A model generated the notes under the pieces. It searched no databases. It saw only the letters and a program-made list of their open reading frames with translations, and was not told where the DNA came from. DNA of 64,000 nt from Vitrella brassicaformis CCMP3155 (taxonomy: Eukaryota > Protista > Chromerida). Of the stretch, positions 50,053 to 62,055 are shown one piece after another. The stretch covers positions 103,344 through 167,343 of the forward strand of contig CDMY01000206.1 in the NCBI GenBank assembly GCA_001179505.1, in the 5' to 3' direction. The translations under genes were made by a program, and so were the position numbers. Each line of letters begins with the position of its first letter. The first letter of the stretch is position 1.

Positions 50053-50828
50053 ATGAACGCTCTGTTTGGTCTGTTTGGTCGCACCAAGGCGCCGCCAAAG
50101 CCGAAGGTCCCCATCTATCGCAACGAACTTGAAGGAACCGAGGGAGAGGGGAGCGACGCCAATGAATCGACATCGTAAGCAGAAGGGGAGGGACGAAACA
50201 TGGTCGTGGCCTGGCCCACTATGTCTCTCTCTGTGCAGGCCGGGTTTCTCGCCCGCCAAGACGGCAATCTTCGACAAACGCAGCGACTCTCACGCAAGGT
50301 GAGCACTTCCACACTCATTCGCCGTCTGTGGGCACGGATCCCTGTGTTGTTTGTCGACACACAACGACAGCAATTTCCTCACATCGCAGCTGCTGCAGAG
50401 TTCGACAGTAGACAAGATCATCCGCCGGGGTCAGCTGCCCACCCCACGACCGCAAACAACAGGCAGCCCGGCTGTATTTCTCTTGTTTGGTTCAGGTTCG
50501 ACGGCAAGTGTGAGTGCGGGTGAGCCATCCGTGGTGTATGAGGCCAAGGGCGTGGGGTCGTCGTCGTCTGCCTGTCTCGTGGGAGAGGATGACGGGGACG
50601 AGGAGTGGGAAGAGGTAGGTGGGCTGCCATGCCAACAGACAGACAGACAGACAGACAGGCGAGGTTGTGTATGTCTCCACCTCTCTATGTGTCCATCTGC
50701 GTGTGCTGTACGCTGTGTGTGTGTGTCAGGTGTCGTTGAGCAAGGAGGACATTGACGAGATGGAGGATGAAGATTACCAGGCCTTCTACATGCGCCAGTG
50801 GATCTTCTTCCTCTCTGTTTTCTGCTAG
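50053..50828 (+). CDS. Small hypothetical protein, acidic C-terminus
   Basis: MNALFGLFGRTKAPPKPKVPIYRNELEG; spliced exons ending VSLSKEDIDEMEDEDYQAFYMRQWIFFLSVFC*. Confidence 0.55.
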
Positions 50829-51266
50829 AATGACGCAGTCAGCATCAACACCTACCTAACTGGCCACGTGACGTGACCAACCAGACAGAGAGAGACAGAC
50901 AGATGGCATATTGCGAGCGACCCGTTGCTGTTTTTTCGGTGCTGTGTGTGTGTGCACGTGTGAGAGTATCGCAACGGTCGCATCGCAGTGTCAGGCCAGG
51001 GCACTGTTCCCCACGTTTGCTGCTATGCCACATTGACGTGCCCGATTTATCCATTGACGCGCTCGAATACCGTGTGCGTATGATAATGGGATGGGGGAGG
51101 GACGGAGGGAGGGAGAGAAAACGAACGATTGCCTCAACCTTTGCTGGAAAGGTGCTCGACGTGTGAATGATATTGCAAAGGACCATGTCAGAAAATAACC
51201 TTCAATACGTGACGTACTTGTCCAACAGATTGAATGCACAGCCATGCACTACACGTCTCCAAACGT

Positions 51267-52507
51267 TCACGAAGCGCCATCGCCATCGTCATGGGCCTCA
51301 TCACCCTCCTCGCCCTCTTGCTCATCGTCCCCTTCCTCCTCTTCCTCCTCTTTCTTGAATTTCCGCTGGCGGCCGCTCCTCGCAGCCCTCCCCCCGCCAC
51401 CCCGGCCCCTGCCGCCCCTCTTGCTCCCCTTGGTCCCTTTGTGTGCGGTCTTCTTCACCCGCTCCTTGCCCACGGCCTTCTTGCCGCCGCTTTTCCTGGC
51501 CCTGGCCGAGAGGGCGACCTTGTCGGCCTTTTCCTTCTCGGCCGCCTTCTCCAGCATGCTCTTCTGCCGGGGGAGCGGCTTCCATGGCTTGAGCGGCGAT
51601 CGGCCGCCGAAGATGGATTCCATCGTCAGCTGGCCGGGCCCGGCGGGATGGGGAGGGGTGTGGGGCCGCGGGATGTCATCCTCGTCCTGCTCGTGATGTT
51701 CCTCCTCGTGAGGGCCAGCGGCATCGTCGTGGTGGTGCGGGTGCGGGTGTGGTCGTGTGCTGATCTCGGGAGAGGGCGGCTGCAGCGGCAGGAGGTCTTC
51801 CTCACCGCCATGGTCTACGCCGTTCTCATCAACCCCACACCCATCCCCACCATGACCCCCACCAGCTGCAGCGGCCGCTGCTGCAGCAGCAGCCGGCCCA
51901 CTCGGAACAGCACACTCACCACTGAAACACATGATACAGCCAGGCAGGGACGCTGTGCATTATGCTACGCGTCATGTGCATGGGATCCCTTCATTACCTA
52001 TCATCGTCCTTCTTGTGCTCTACGATTACTGGCGGCACTATCGGCTTGAGCACAGCCGACTTCTGCACGCGGCCGGGACTCCCCTTCTCGGGTGAGCGCC
52101 CTCCAGCCGCTGCAGCAGCGGCAGCAGCCGCCGCAGAGGCGGGCTTGTCAACAAACCTGACATCACACACACACATGCACAGCATCGCAACCCATGGATG
52201 GGCGAAATGGATGGATGGATGGATGGATCTGCCTAATGGCTGCTGTGCCCTTGCTCACAGGTTCTGAGCTATCTTGGGCGGGGACTTGTTCTTCAGATCG
52301 GCTATGCGGCGCAACGACGCACCTGCATTCCATCCATACGAACCAGCATCCACATCAAGCGCATTGCAAATCCGCCCTCATCCGTCCATCTCGTCTCTCT
52401 TATTCACCTTTCTCACGGCCCGGGCTCTCAGGGGGTGTAACGGTGGCAACTTTGACCCGAGGAGCACCAGCAGCTGCTGCAGCAGGAGCGGGCTGGCCAC
52501 GGTCCAT
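51267..52507 (-). CDS. Hypothetical low-complexity protein (Ala/His/Lys-rich, acidic tail)
   Basis: MDRGQPAPAAAAAGAPRVKV..., exon FVDKPASAAA...KKDDDR, last exon with a basic NLS-like stretch and an E/D tail. Confidence 0.55.
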
Positions 52508-52665
52508 GTGACCGTCGTTGCCACTCTCGTCGCTAAGGTCTCGCATCAACTCGTTTGGGTCGTCCATTCCCCCTGCAAGTCGTGTGTTGGAATACTAAAT
52601 CAGATGTGCGGTCGCCCATGCAAAGCGAAGTGAGTTTACATCACCCGCGCGCTGCCGAAGGAAAC

Positions 52666-53791
52666 ATGGCTTTGCGGCTCCGCTGCAAGGTGCTGCTGAT
52701 TGGGGATCCTGCAGTCGGCAAAACTGCGATCAGCCAGACCTTCAGCCACGTAAGATCACCGAGACGAGCAGGAGCGAGGATGCACGCTGAGCTGCCACGG
52801 TGTTTGTTCTGCGTGTACAGGGGCTGCATCACTTCAGGAAGGACTATGCCATGGTACAGCCAGCACCCATGGCCGAATGAGTGAAAGATCCGGGCATCCC
52901 TCCCTGCGTATAAGGATGAATGCTCGTGCGCTGTGCTTGTGTGTCGTGTATGCGGCACGGCAGACGACGGGTGTGGACGTGTATATGAAGCCCATCAAGA
53001 TCCCCGAACAGCCCGTCTGCGTGGAGCTCTTCGTGCTGGACGCCGGCGGGGATGACTACACACAAGAACTACTCAAACCACACGTACGCGGCATGACACA
53101 CACACGCGTCTGTCCGTCCATCCATCCGTGTTGTTGTGCTGCTTGTGTATCGTGTCGTGTGGTGTCAGTATGCGACGGCGAATGCGTTTGTGTTTGTGTA
53201 CGATGTGACGAGCCTCGACAGCTTCCACCACCTCAGATCATGGCACACACCACACGAGCCCCTAGGCACAGCCTGGCTGCTTCATCCATGTGTGTGTGTG
53301 TGTGTGTGTGTGTTGTGTGTCAGGTACGAGAGGGTGCAGGCGGCACGTGAGAATGCCGCCGTCGTAGGTATGTGTGATGCGACGCAACGACACAACCATT
53401 GGAGATGTGTGTGTGTGTGCAGGTGTAGTATTGGCCAACAAGAGCGACTACGACACCAGCGGGCACAACATGGTCAAGCCACATATGGTGGGTCACACAC
53501 CTGGCCACCAGCGCACACGTACAGCCCCTCCCCTTGATGAGTGGACGAATGGATACGTGTGTGCTGACATGAATGGCAGGGCCAGGAGTTTGCCAAAGCG
53601 AGAGGCCTGGAGTTCTTCGACACATCAGCGGTAGAGTGTGCGGTCCGTCCATTCAGGTATGTGCCGTGCATGGCGTGTGTGTGTTTCTTATTTATCAGCT
53701 GCGTGGAGAGGTGGAAGTGCCGCTGTGTTTCCTGGCGGAGGTGTTCGCGTCTAGCTATGAAGAGAGGAGACTCGCACTGCTAGAAATGTGA
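52666..53791 (+). CDS. IFT27: Intraflagellar transport protein 27 (RABL4 small GTPase)
   Basis: LRCKVLLIGDPAVGKTAI, FRKDYAM|TTGVDV, VELFVLDAGG, FVYDVTSLDSF, VLANKSD, EFFDTS; no C-terminal prenylation motif, as in IFT27. Confidence 0.92.
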
Positions 53792-54393
53792 CAGACAGAA
53801 CGACCGGTGGATGGATGGATGGATGGGCGCACGAAGTGTGTGTATGCATTTGTGTGAATGTGATTCGTGTGTGTGCCGACACAACAAGCCTTCTCCATCC
53901 ATCGAGGTAGGTAAATGGATGCTATGAGAAAATGCCTGCCTTTCGTTACGTTGAGGTCCTTTGGTGGCCAGTGAGTAAAGCCTATCACTCACAGTCTCTT
54001 TCCGTGCGGAACTATCTATCTATCTATCTAGTATACACATACGTACACGTTGGCCAATTGCCTAACTAAGTACAATGAAAATGAGCAGCTGAGCTAGCCG
54101 ACCGGCCGCCCCATCGCCAGCCATGCCATAGTCAAAGCTGGGGCCACGGGCAGCCAACTAACTATACACAGTAATTGCCCCCCAGACATATAATACCATG
54201 CACTCACTCGTCACCCTCAGCACTACGCTGGTCGATTCAACACAGCGCCTCGACAAAATTGCCTGCCTGCCTCCCTCACCCCCACCTCGCCATACAGATA
54301 GCCAACACAGATAAATTGGGGCCGCGGCTGTGTCGCGTCGGCCGGCCTGGGTGCGCGTTCGTCCATCCATCCATCCATCCACGGGTCTGTGAA

Positions 54394-56453
54394 TCAGAGG
54401 GTGTCCTCTCCGCGGAACTCCCTGTCCGACAGGTACCAGAAGGCCCATGCCACGAGGACGTATGCCGAGATGAGCATAGAGCCCTTCAGCCAGTTCGCCT
54501 TGCCGTCGTGCAGCACCACCGACACAATCATGGTCGACATGACCAGCAGAACCAATTGGAACACCTCAAAGTCGAGATCCATCGGCACGTTGAGCAAAGA
54601 ACCTGACCACCAACGCACACGTACTCACAGACATGGCAAGAAGATATTGTGTGTGCTATCGATATGTGTGTACCTGTGAAGACGGTCACGGGGACGACAA
54701 AGAGGGCCACTTGGGTCGCCGAGCCCACAGCGACAGAGAGGGCTAAGTCTGATTGGTATGTGCACATACACACAGGACACCGCATCCACAATGCCGTGGT
54801 GAGACCTCCATCCATTGCAATCGGCATGTGCTTACCGAGTTTGTCTCTGGCTGCGATTGAGACTGCCGTCATCTGCTCGGCAGCATTACCCAGAAAGGGC
54901 AGGAGAATCGTGCCTGGCGCACACACACACACACAGACAGACAGACAGAGAGACAGGTGGTGTCTTGCCGAACGACATATCATGTTCCGCGTGAGATTCG
55001 TTAGCTCACCGATGAATGCCTGCCGTATGCCGTGCCTCTTGGTGACTTCCTGCATCGTCGCTACCACACAGTCGCAATGAAACGTCAGCTGAGAGAAATA
55101 CCAACAGACAGACAGACAGACACCATGACCCAATCGCAATGAGGCCTCCTCTCTCTGTTGCGAGTACCATGATAGTCGACGCAGCGAGGAGGCAGATGCC
55201 CTCCACCATGGAGAGCTCCGTCCCCTTGATGCCTCTCACTGCCAACCCACCGTCCTCACTCAGCTGGACGTCGTCGCGGTCATGCTGCAGCAGAAACAGG
55301 TGCTTGTGGGTCTTCAACTGGAACACCAGAAACTGGATGTACATCAGGGTCAGCAGCAGCGCCGTCACATACGAAATGCTCAAACGGTCTTTCTCGGTGC
55401 TCTCGCGATCCAGCGCGGCCAGTGTGGTTGGGATGACCAGCGCTAGGCATGAGATGACCAGCAGAGAGACGTTGTACGACGCATTGGTGAGATTGAATCG
55501 CTGGTTGGACCGTGAGTTCTCGCCGCGAATGCCCGAGGCGAAGAAGCACAGCCCCAAAACGAAGAGCATGTTGGAGAGGATAGAGCCCAACAGAGACGAC
55601 TGCACCACCTTGATCAGGTTCTCACGCAACGCCGCAATCGACAGAATCATCTCGACCGCGTTGCCTGTGAGAAGGACAGAAGGCAACAACACATGAGGGC
55701 GTCCTTCCAGCCTGCCCGTTTGTGTGGCTTACCAAATCCCACAGTAAGGAGGCCACCGACTATCTGGTTCGTCTGCTCGGCCAGCACCTCTGTCGTCCGC
55801 CCCAGCACCTTGCTCACAGGCACGATGGCAAGGAAATTGCTGACGAACGTGATGCCGGGCGGCAGCTCCAGTAGCCGACATAGCAATCCGACAGGCACAA
55901 AAAGCAGCAGAGTTGCCACCCACCCCTCACACACAAACGACCAGATGCGGGACCACTGCTGCAGCAGAGAGCCGCCCTTGCCAAGCGCCAAGCCGTAAGC
56001 CCCTAGCGGCACTGGCAGATCCCCGCTGTTTGTGGTCCAGCCGCCAGATCCCTTGCGATCACTCTTGAGCGCATCCGACGTGCAGCTGCGCGAGGACGGT
56101 GGCGATGAGTGGCGGAAGACGACAGCAGCTGGGGTTGACACGGCGGTGCTTGGCGTATCCACAGACTCCCGGTCGCTGTTGGACGGCGATATATAAGGTG
56201 CGTACAGCCCGCCCGGCGACGATGGGGAGCCGCTGCTCGACTGTTGTGTGTCATCTCCGTGGCTGGAAGCGCCTCGCTTGTCGACAAAAGGTGCTTCCAG
56301 GTGGTCGGCAGCAGGTGGTGCAAGGCTGTGGGCGCGAAAGTCTGCTGGAGACTCTTTGCCAGCCGAAAGGCCGTGGGTAGCGTGCGCCGCAGCTGGGAGG
56401 AAGGGGCTCATCGAGATCTCCGTGGCTGAGCGCTCCGCGGCCTTCAGAAACAT
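54394..56453 (-). CDS. CAX: Ca2+/H+ exchanger (CAX family) with long Ser-rich N-terminal extension
   Basis: alpha-1 GFG|NAVEMIL...GSILSNMLFVLG; alpha-2 LPFLGNAAEQ...DLALSVAVGSATQVALFVVP; C-terminal DGKANWLKGSMLISAY. Confidence 0.93.
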
Positions 56454-56524
56454 GAGGCTCTTAACAACGACAGCGGTTTCAGGAAGCACCTTAAACGGCG
56501 TGGCTGGGCCAAGTCACACGAATC

Positions 56525-56549
56525 TCTGCGAGCTTGGCATCTGCGAGCT
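56525..56549 (-). promoter_or_regulatory. Two copies of AGCTCGCAGA (56525-56534, 56540-56549)
   Basis: TCTGCGAGCT twice on the + strand, ~70-95 nt upstream of the CAX ATG. Confidence 0.6.
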
Positions 56550-56620
56550 GAAAAGAAAAACATGGAAACCATCATGTTGAACTGCGACGGACTGATTGCC
56601 TGAGACAGTGAGCGCATTAC

Positions 56621-56662
56621 CGACCGCACGACAGGGAGTGACGACCGCACGACAGGGAGTGA
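56621..56662 (+). repeat. 21-bp perfect tandem duplication
   Basis: CGACCGCACGACAGGGAGTGA x2. Confidence 0.95.
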
Positions 56663-56672
56663 ACCAATTGGA

Positions 56673-59487
56673 GTGAACGCGTCAGTTGGCGACTCATCTG
56701 ATTCACTGAAGTGGGGCCGCCAGGCCCACGTTCGGCAGCAGCCAGACGGCACGGGGCTCCTGTCTTCTGTGAAGCGGTCTCTTGGCGCACAACGCACAAC
56801 GAAGCCGATGCTGCGAAATGGCCTGCAGGACCTCGTTGTCCATCGCAGCACCGACAGCTCTCCCTTCTCGTCATCTCGCAGCGGTGAGTATTCGACTCCA
56901 CCGGTATGCAACATGATGGACGAGCTGAGGGAGCTCCGGAACATACTCAGCACCCTGGCCGACCAGGCCGGCCTCGACGAGAAGTCCCTCTACCCATCTC
57001 CAGCAGCGCTCGACTCTCCCCGACAGAAATCGCAACTGGGAGACGGCTCTGACTCGCCTCGAGAATGTTCATCGGAGCACACCGTGATGCAGTCGTTCAA
57101 GGCCTCTATGAGAAGGACGGTTGAAGACTTCAAGCAGCAGCTGTTGGACATCACCGCAGAGAAAAGGTCCCTTGAGAAGCGTGTGGAAGCCTACGGGCAG
57201 CGCTTTCGGGACCAGGCCAGGACAATCGATGCACTCACGAAGGAAGAGGAGGTAAGGGAGACTGTGTCGTCGCCTCAGCCGCCGTCTTGCCCGTCACCGG
57301 GTGACCAAGAAGACATCGAGGTACTTTTTCGTTTCTCTTGTTGCATTGCGCATCCATTGTTCCCATTGCTCTTGCGCAGGCTCTTGGGGAGCGTGTGAAG
57401 GATCTCGAGCAGGATAATTCGCGGCTGTATCGTCTGAAGCATGCCTATGAGATCCGCCTGGAAGAGGCTTAGAGGCGGCTGCACGAGGCCACAGCCGCAC
57501 GGCCGATCGACATACAGCCCGACGAAAACGAAGAGCATTCAAAAGAGTAAGCTTCAGATGAACTCGGCGTGGACAATTGTGATTACCTTCTCTTCGTATG
57601 CCCTTCAGTGACGAGTGCAGCCATGCATCCTGGCAACGTCTGCGCGAGAGGCTCCAGCTAATGGAAGGCAATGCCATGGAGATGAGACACGAGGTATATC
57701 AAAGTTGGGGACGGGACAATGGTGATGGACCAATGGGTGCCTGCCTTGTTGGTCATCAGATCCGCGATCGAAACTGCAGGCTGCTGGAGATGGAAACTGC
57801 CAACAAACAGCTGACCGACGCGCTGCTACAGGAGCGGCAGCAGCGGGCCTTCCAAGAGAGCCAAAGGAGGCTGGAGGGCCTCCACGCCTCTGCTGAACTG
57901 TCTCCCACACCTCGTCCAAGCATCCCAGCCGGCGTGGATCTGCAATCCGAGCTGCAGGAGGCGGAGGAATCGTCACGCCTTAATGATGGGGATCTCGGCC
58001 AGGGAAGGAGAAATGCTCCCTTGCCGCCGGTGGGGCACAACGGAGTGCCACCTCTCAATTTCGCGGCCCTCAGGACCTACTGGGACGGTAAAATGAGAGG
58101 CGCCGCTTCGGAGGACGACACAGCTGCTTTACTGGTATGGACACTTCTGGCTGCATGTCTCTTGGACTTTTCATCTCACTTGTTCGTATTGTACCAGGTC
58201 AGTTCAGCTCGCAGCCACGGAGAGGAGCCCACACGACCACCGTGGCTGCAAAGACGGCTGGTGGGTGAGGCAGGCAGGCAGGCGGGCGGGTCCCATGCCT
58301 TCATGTCTGCACTAATGTGTAGCATTATGTATCTTGTGTGTGCAGCGTGAGGTTGAGTATGAGCGGAATCAGGAGCGTGTCAAGGTCGAAAAGCTCGAGG
58401 ACCAGGTGCGCCTGTTGAGGCAGCAGCTGCCGCTCAGTGATGTGCCCACGGAATGGCAGAAAGCAAGGTGCGTCTGCTCTATGTGATGCCAACCGCTGGA
58501 CCATCATCAGTACATGTCGCCGTCCATGTGTTCGTGTAGGTGTCTTCGTCAGTCGACAGTGTCGACAAGCGATGCCGACGAGCCGCTGGCCAGCAGCGCG
58601 TCGCTCCCCGTCGACGGCCTCGACACTGATGGGGAGGGAATAGACAGACACGAGACGGCGCGCAAGAGACACCAGGGATGGATGCAGACATACAGGTCCT
58701 CCACCACCCACCTAGCGAGCACCACAGACAACGGGACGGCCTCATGCCATTCGTCGATGCGTGTGTCATTTGCAGGTCGCTGGGCCCCCGCGCAGCACAG
58801 TTGCGGAACCAAAGGAGTGTTGGAGACATACTGAGACCCAAGAGGAAAAAAGGCCAGAAGGGGAAGGCCGCTGGATACGGCACGGACGGCGAGATTTCCC
58901 TGACACAGCTGCAGCGGGGCTTCTTCGCGCAACTGCAGCAGCTGGCGCACAGTGGGATGGGCTCTGTTGCACTCACCGACAAGCCAGAGCAACGGAAAAG
59001 GACCAAGAGAAGCAAGACCAGAAGGACCGGTGATGATGCAGCACTGGAATCTCAGCAGTCCGTGAGACAGCAGGCCAGCACACGCATCGACCTTTCCTTC
59101 GATGGGCGTGTTGGCCGGTCGACCGGCCCTCACCTGATGGGCCCCCAAATGAAGCAAGACATGTCGAGCAAGCCGCAAGAGACGGGCACTGGCTGGTCGG
59201 CACTGAGGGCAGTGCAAACACGGCTGACGGCGAGGGACGTGCCGGGTGCAGGCCCTGGGTGGATGGAGACATTAAGCACTGCGGTTGTTGAGTCAGCGAG
59301 AGGGGCGCAGCTGTTCCTGAATGGTCTGAGGGTCGCTGCTCAGCCGATGGAGCTGTCGGCTGAGGGTGGTGCGTCGGGTGGGGGGGGTGTGTTGCCGCCA
59401 CCGTCGATCACCGAGGTGTCTGACGGTTGTCAGAGGAGGAAATGGAAAGCGTGTCACTCGGTTGCTTTGTTAGAGAGTGGAAACTAG
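56673..59487 (+). pseudogene. Long coiled-coil protein gene apparently disrupted (frameshift + premature stop in exon 2)
   Basis: Coiled-coil exons (MRRTVEDFKQQLLDITAEKRSLEKRV; IRDRNCRLLEMETANKQL; EKLEDQVRLLRQQL). G5 run at 57386-57390 breaks the frame, and there is an in-frame TAG at 57470-57472. First in-frame ATG at 56808. Confidence 0.55.
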
Positions 59488-60122
59488 GACGTGCTGCCTT
59501 TTGGAACTGAGACATGGTGTCATATTTGCCAATGCGTGTGCACTGCACGACGCTCTCACACCATCTTCGTTATCTCAAGTACACATCTGTATACCGCTGC
59601 GTTTCAACATCCTGTTGGTTGTCTTGCCGGATCACCAAGCGTCCCTGCACGCCATGGCTCCCCATCTCTGCGGGCTGACGAGAGACGAGGATCCATGTGA
59701 TGCAGGCAGCGGAGGTGGGCAGGCACAGACACACACATGGATTGATTGGCACATCGACGGACGAACCCCTGTACTACAAGCCTTTCAGTCCTTAAGCCAT
59801 CCATCGCCTGACTCTACCTACAGTCACGTCACTCCCACCTACATGTGCAGCTACCTATCAGTCAGTTCCCTTCACACACCCACCGGCCTTTCCGACTGAC
59901 TGCTTTGACGTCACGCCCGCAATGTCTTGGAGGAGGCCATGCGTGTTGGCCTCTCCCATTGCATTGCGGCGATGAATGAAAAGCAGACAGCCTGAAAAGA
60001 TAGAAGTGGGATGACATACTTGTCGAAACGGGGACACACTCGGGAAACAACACAAACTGGAAGACCATTGATGACCCTTGGTGGCCTTCACAGGCATGCA
60101 TTTCCCTTCCCTCCCCTCCTGA

Positions 60123-61027
60123 CTATGCCATCTCGATGGTGCCACCGGCGGTCTCCAGCTTCTTCTTGAGCTCCTCTGCCTCCTCAACAGGCAGCCCTGA
60201 CACACAACACGAAACACTCCATCACACATGCGTAAATGAGCTGTACGGCTCCCTCCCGTGTTGCCCTCTCTGTGTCGGTGTACCCTTCTTGAGCACTTTG
60301 GGGGCGCTCTCGACAAACTCCTTGGACTGAGCACACAGGTCGAAAGCCAGGGGTGGGTGAGTAGGTGGGTCTGCACTGTGCATGTGTGTCTTGCGCCGCG
60401 CCCACCTCCTTGAGTCCAAGGCCAGTGATGGCACGGACCTCCTTGATGACCTACACAGAGAGAGACCCATACATACACTCATGCCAGCACTCGTCCGCTG
60501 TGTTAGTGTGTATGCCCCCCACCCACCGCGATCTTCTTGGACGCCTCCACGCCCACGAGCTTGATCGACACCACCTTGGATGATGTGTCCTCCTTCTTCT
60601 CGGCAGCTGTGATGCCCACACATAGCAATAGCAACAGCAACATAGTTGACCACCGCACCTTCAGCGATCATGTGCCCCCCCACACACACAGATCCAAGGC
60701 TACCTTTGGTCTCCTCGGGTGCCTGAGCTGGCTCCTCTGCAGACTGTGCAGGGGCAGCAGCGGCACCGCTGGCTGATGGGGGCATCATACCTGACACGCA
60801 ACAGACAAAACACAAAATCTAACCCTTTGTTGCAGGGCTTTTTCCTCTCCTTGCTCCAGTACCAGGCTGCATTTGCGGCATTGCTGGCATGGTGCTGAAG
60901 AATGGAAGCCACACCCGACAGGTGCATGCATCAGGCCTCGTGCATGAATCTTCTTTCTCTGTTGCCTACCCCATCATGGCCATCATCGGCGGCATCATCC
61001 CCGGCATCCCAGCGGCACCCAAACCTG

Positions 61028-61058
<31 letters not shown>

Positions 61059-61777
61059 GGGGAGATCCAGCTTCTGTGTGTGTAGACTATCGTCGCCTTG
61101 AGGTGTGTCACCCCTGTCTGTCTGTGTGGGTTGCCGGTTCGTACCTGCAAACATGGCAGCAGGGTGAGGGAAAGGTGTCCGGCCGGCTGCTGCCCTGCCT
61201 TTGAACTCAGGACCTAGCTCACATACACGCAGTCAGTGCAGTGCGGTGCAGTGCGGTGCGGTGCGATGGACGGCATACGTCGCCCATCCACCCACCCGCC
61301 CGCCCGCTCACCTCCAGATCGTTCCGCCAGCTTCTCCTGACAGAGGTCGCACAGGTCGGCCGCCTCAATCAGCGACAGACCCAAAATCTCATCAACCAAG
61401 CGCAACACCTGACACACACAATCTCTCTGTGTGCCGTGTGTGGTTCACGCATGCATTATCCACCTCTCACCTTATCTGACGGTTTCCGTCTGGTCTGTGC
61501 GGCTCCACCGGCCGTCTGCTCCTCTGGCGGGTCCTTGAGCTTCTGAAAGATGTCAAACTGAGTCGAGGCAGCCGCTGACGTGGCCTGACACCGCACGCCG
61601 CCCACTGGCTGCAGCGCACCAGGGGACCTGACAGCACACCAGACAAGGCAGATGGAGAGAAGTGCCCATGCAGCAAGCCAGATGAGCATCTGTGTTTGTC
61701 CCTTCTCACCTTGAAATCCTGTCTGTTTCGGTGAGGCATCGCCTCAGTCTGCCAGCGAGAGCTCTCACGCCCCTCAT
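60123..61777 (-). CDS. MRPL12: Mitochondrial ribosomal protein L7/L12
   Basis: Presequence-like MRGVRALAGRLRRCL; PSDK|VLRLVDEILGLSLIEAADL; KKIAV|VIKEVRAITGLGLKE|SKEFVESAPKVLKKG; EEAEELKKKLETAGGTIE. Confidence 0.92.
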
Positions 61778-61951
61778 TGTTGGCACGCAGGCGGCTCCCC
61801 TGTCACCTCATGCCAGCCTTACGGTGTCACCAACAGTGCCGGAGAAGAATGATCTGCCATAAACGACACGCTGCCGCAGACCTTAGACCGAATGAAGCCT
61901 CCTCGCGTAAGAGAAACACTTGAAAGAGGAAGAACCAAACACGTGCAGATC

Positions 61952-61961
61952 TCTGCGAGCT
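61952..61961 (-). promoter_or_regulatory. Candidate promoter motif AGCTCGCAGA
   Basis: TCTGCGAGCT on the + strand between the divergent MRPL12 and TBCA genes. Confidence 0.55.
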
Positions 61962-62055
61962 TGAAGCCAAGGATTCTCCATCGTTTTCCAGCTATTGCGG
62001 CTTCCTTTCCCCCGGTTGTGTGAGATAGATCCGAGTGCCGAGGATGCCCACAGCG

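Noticed and set aside
58203-58212. AGCTCGCAGC near-match of the promoter motif
   Set aside because: 9/10 match inside a coding exon; not counted as a promoter copy.
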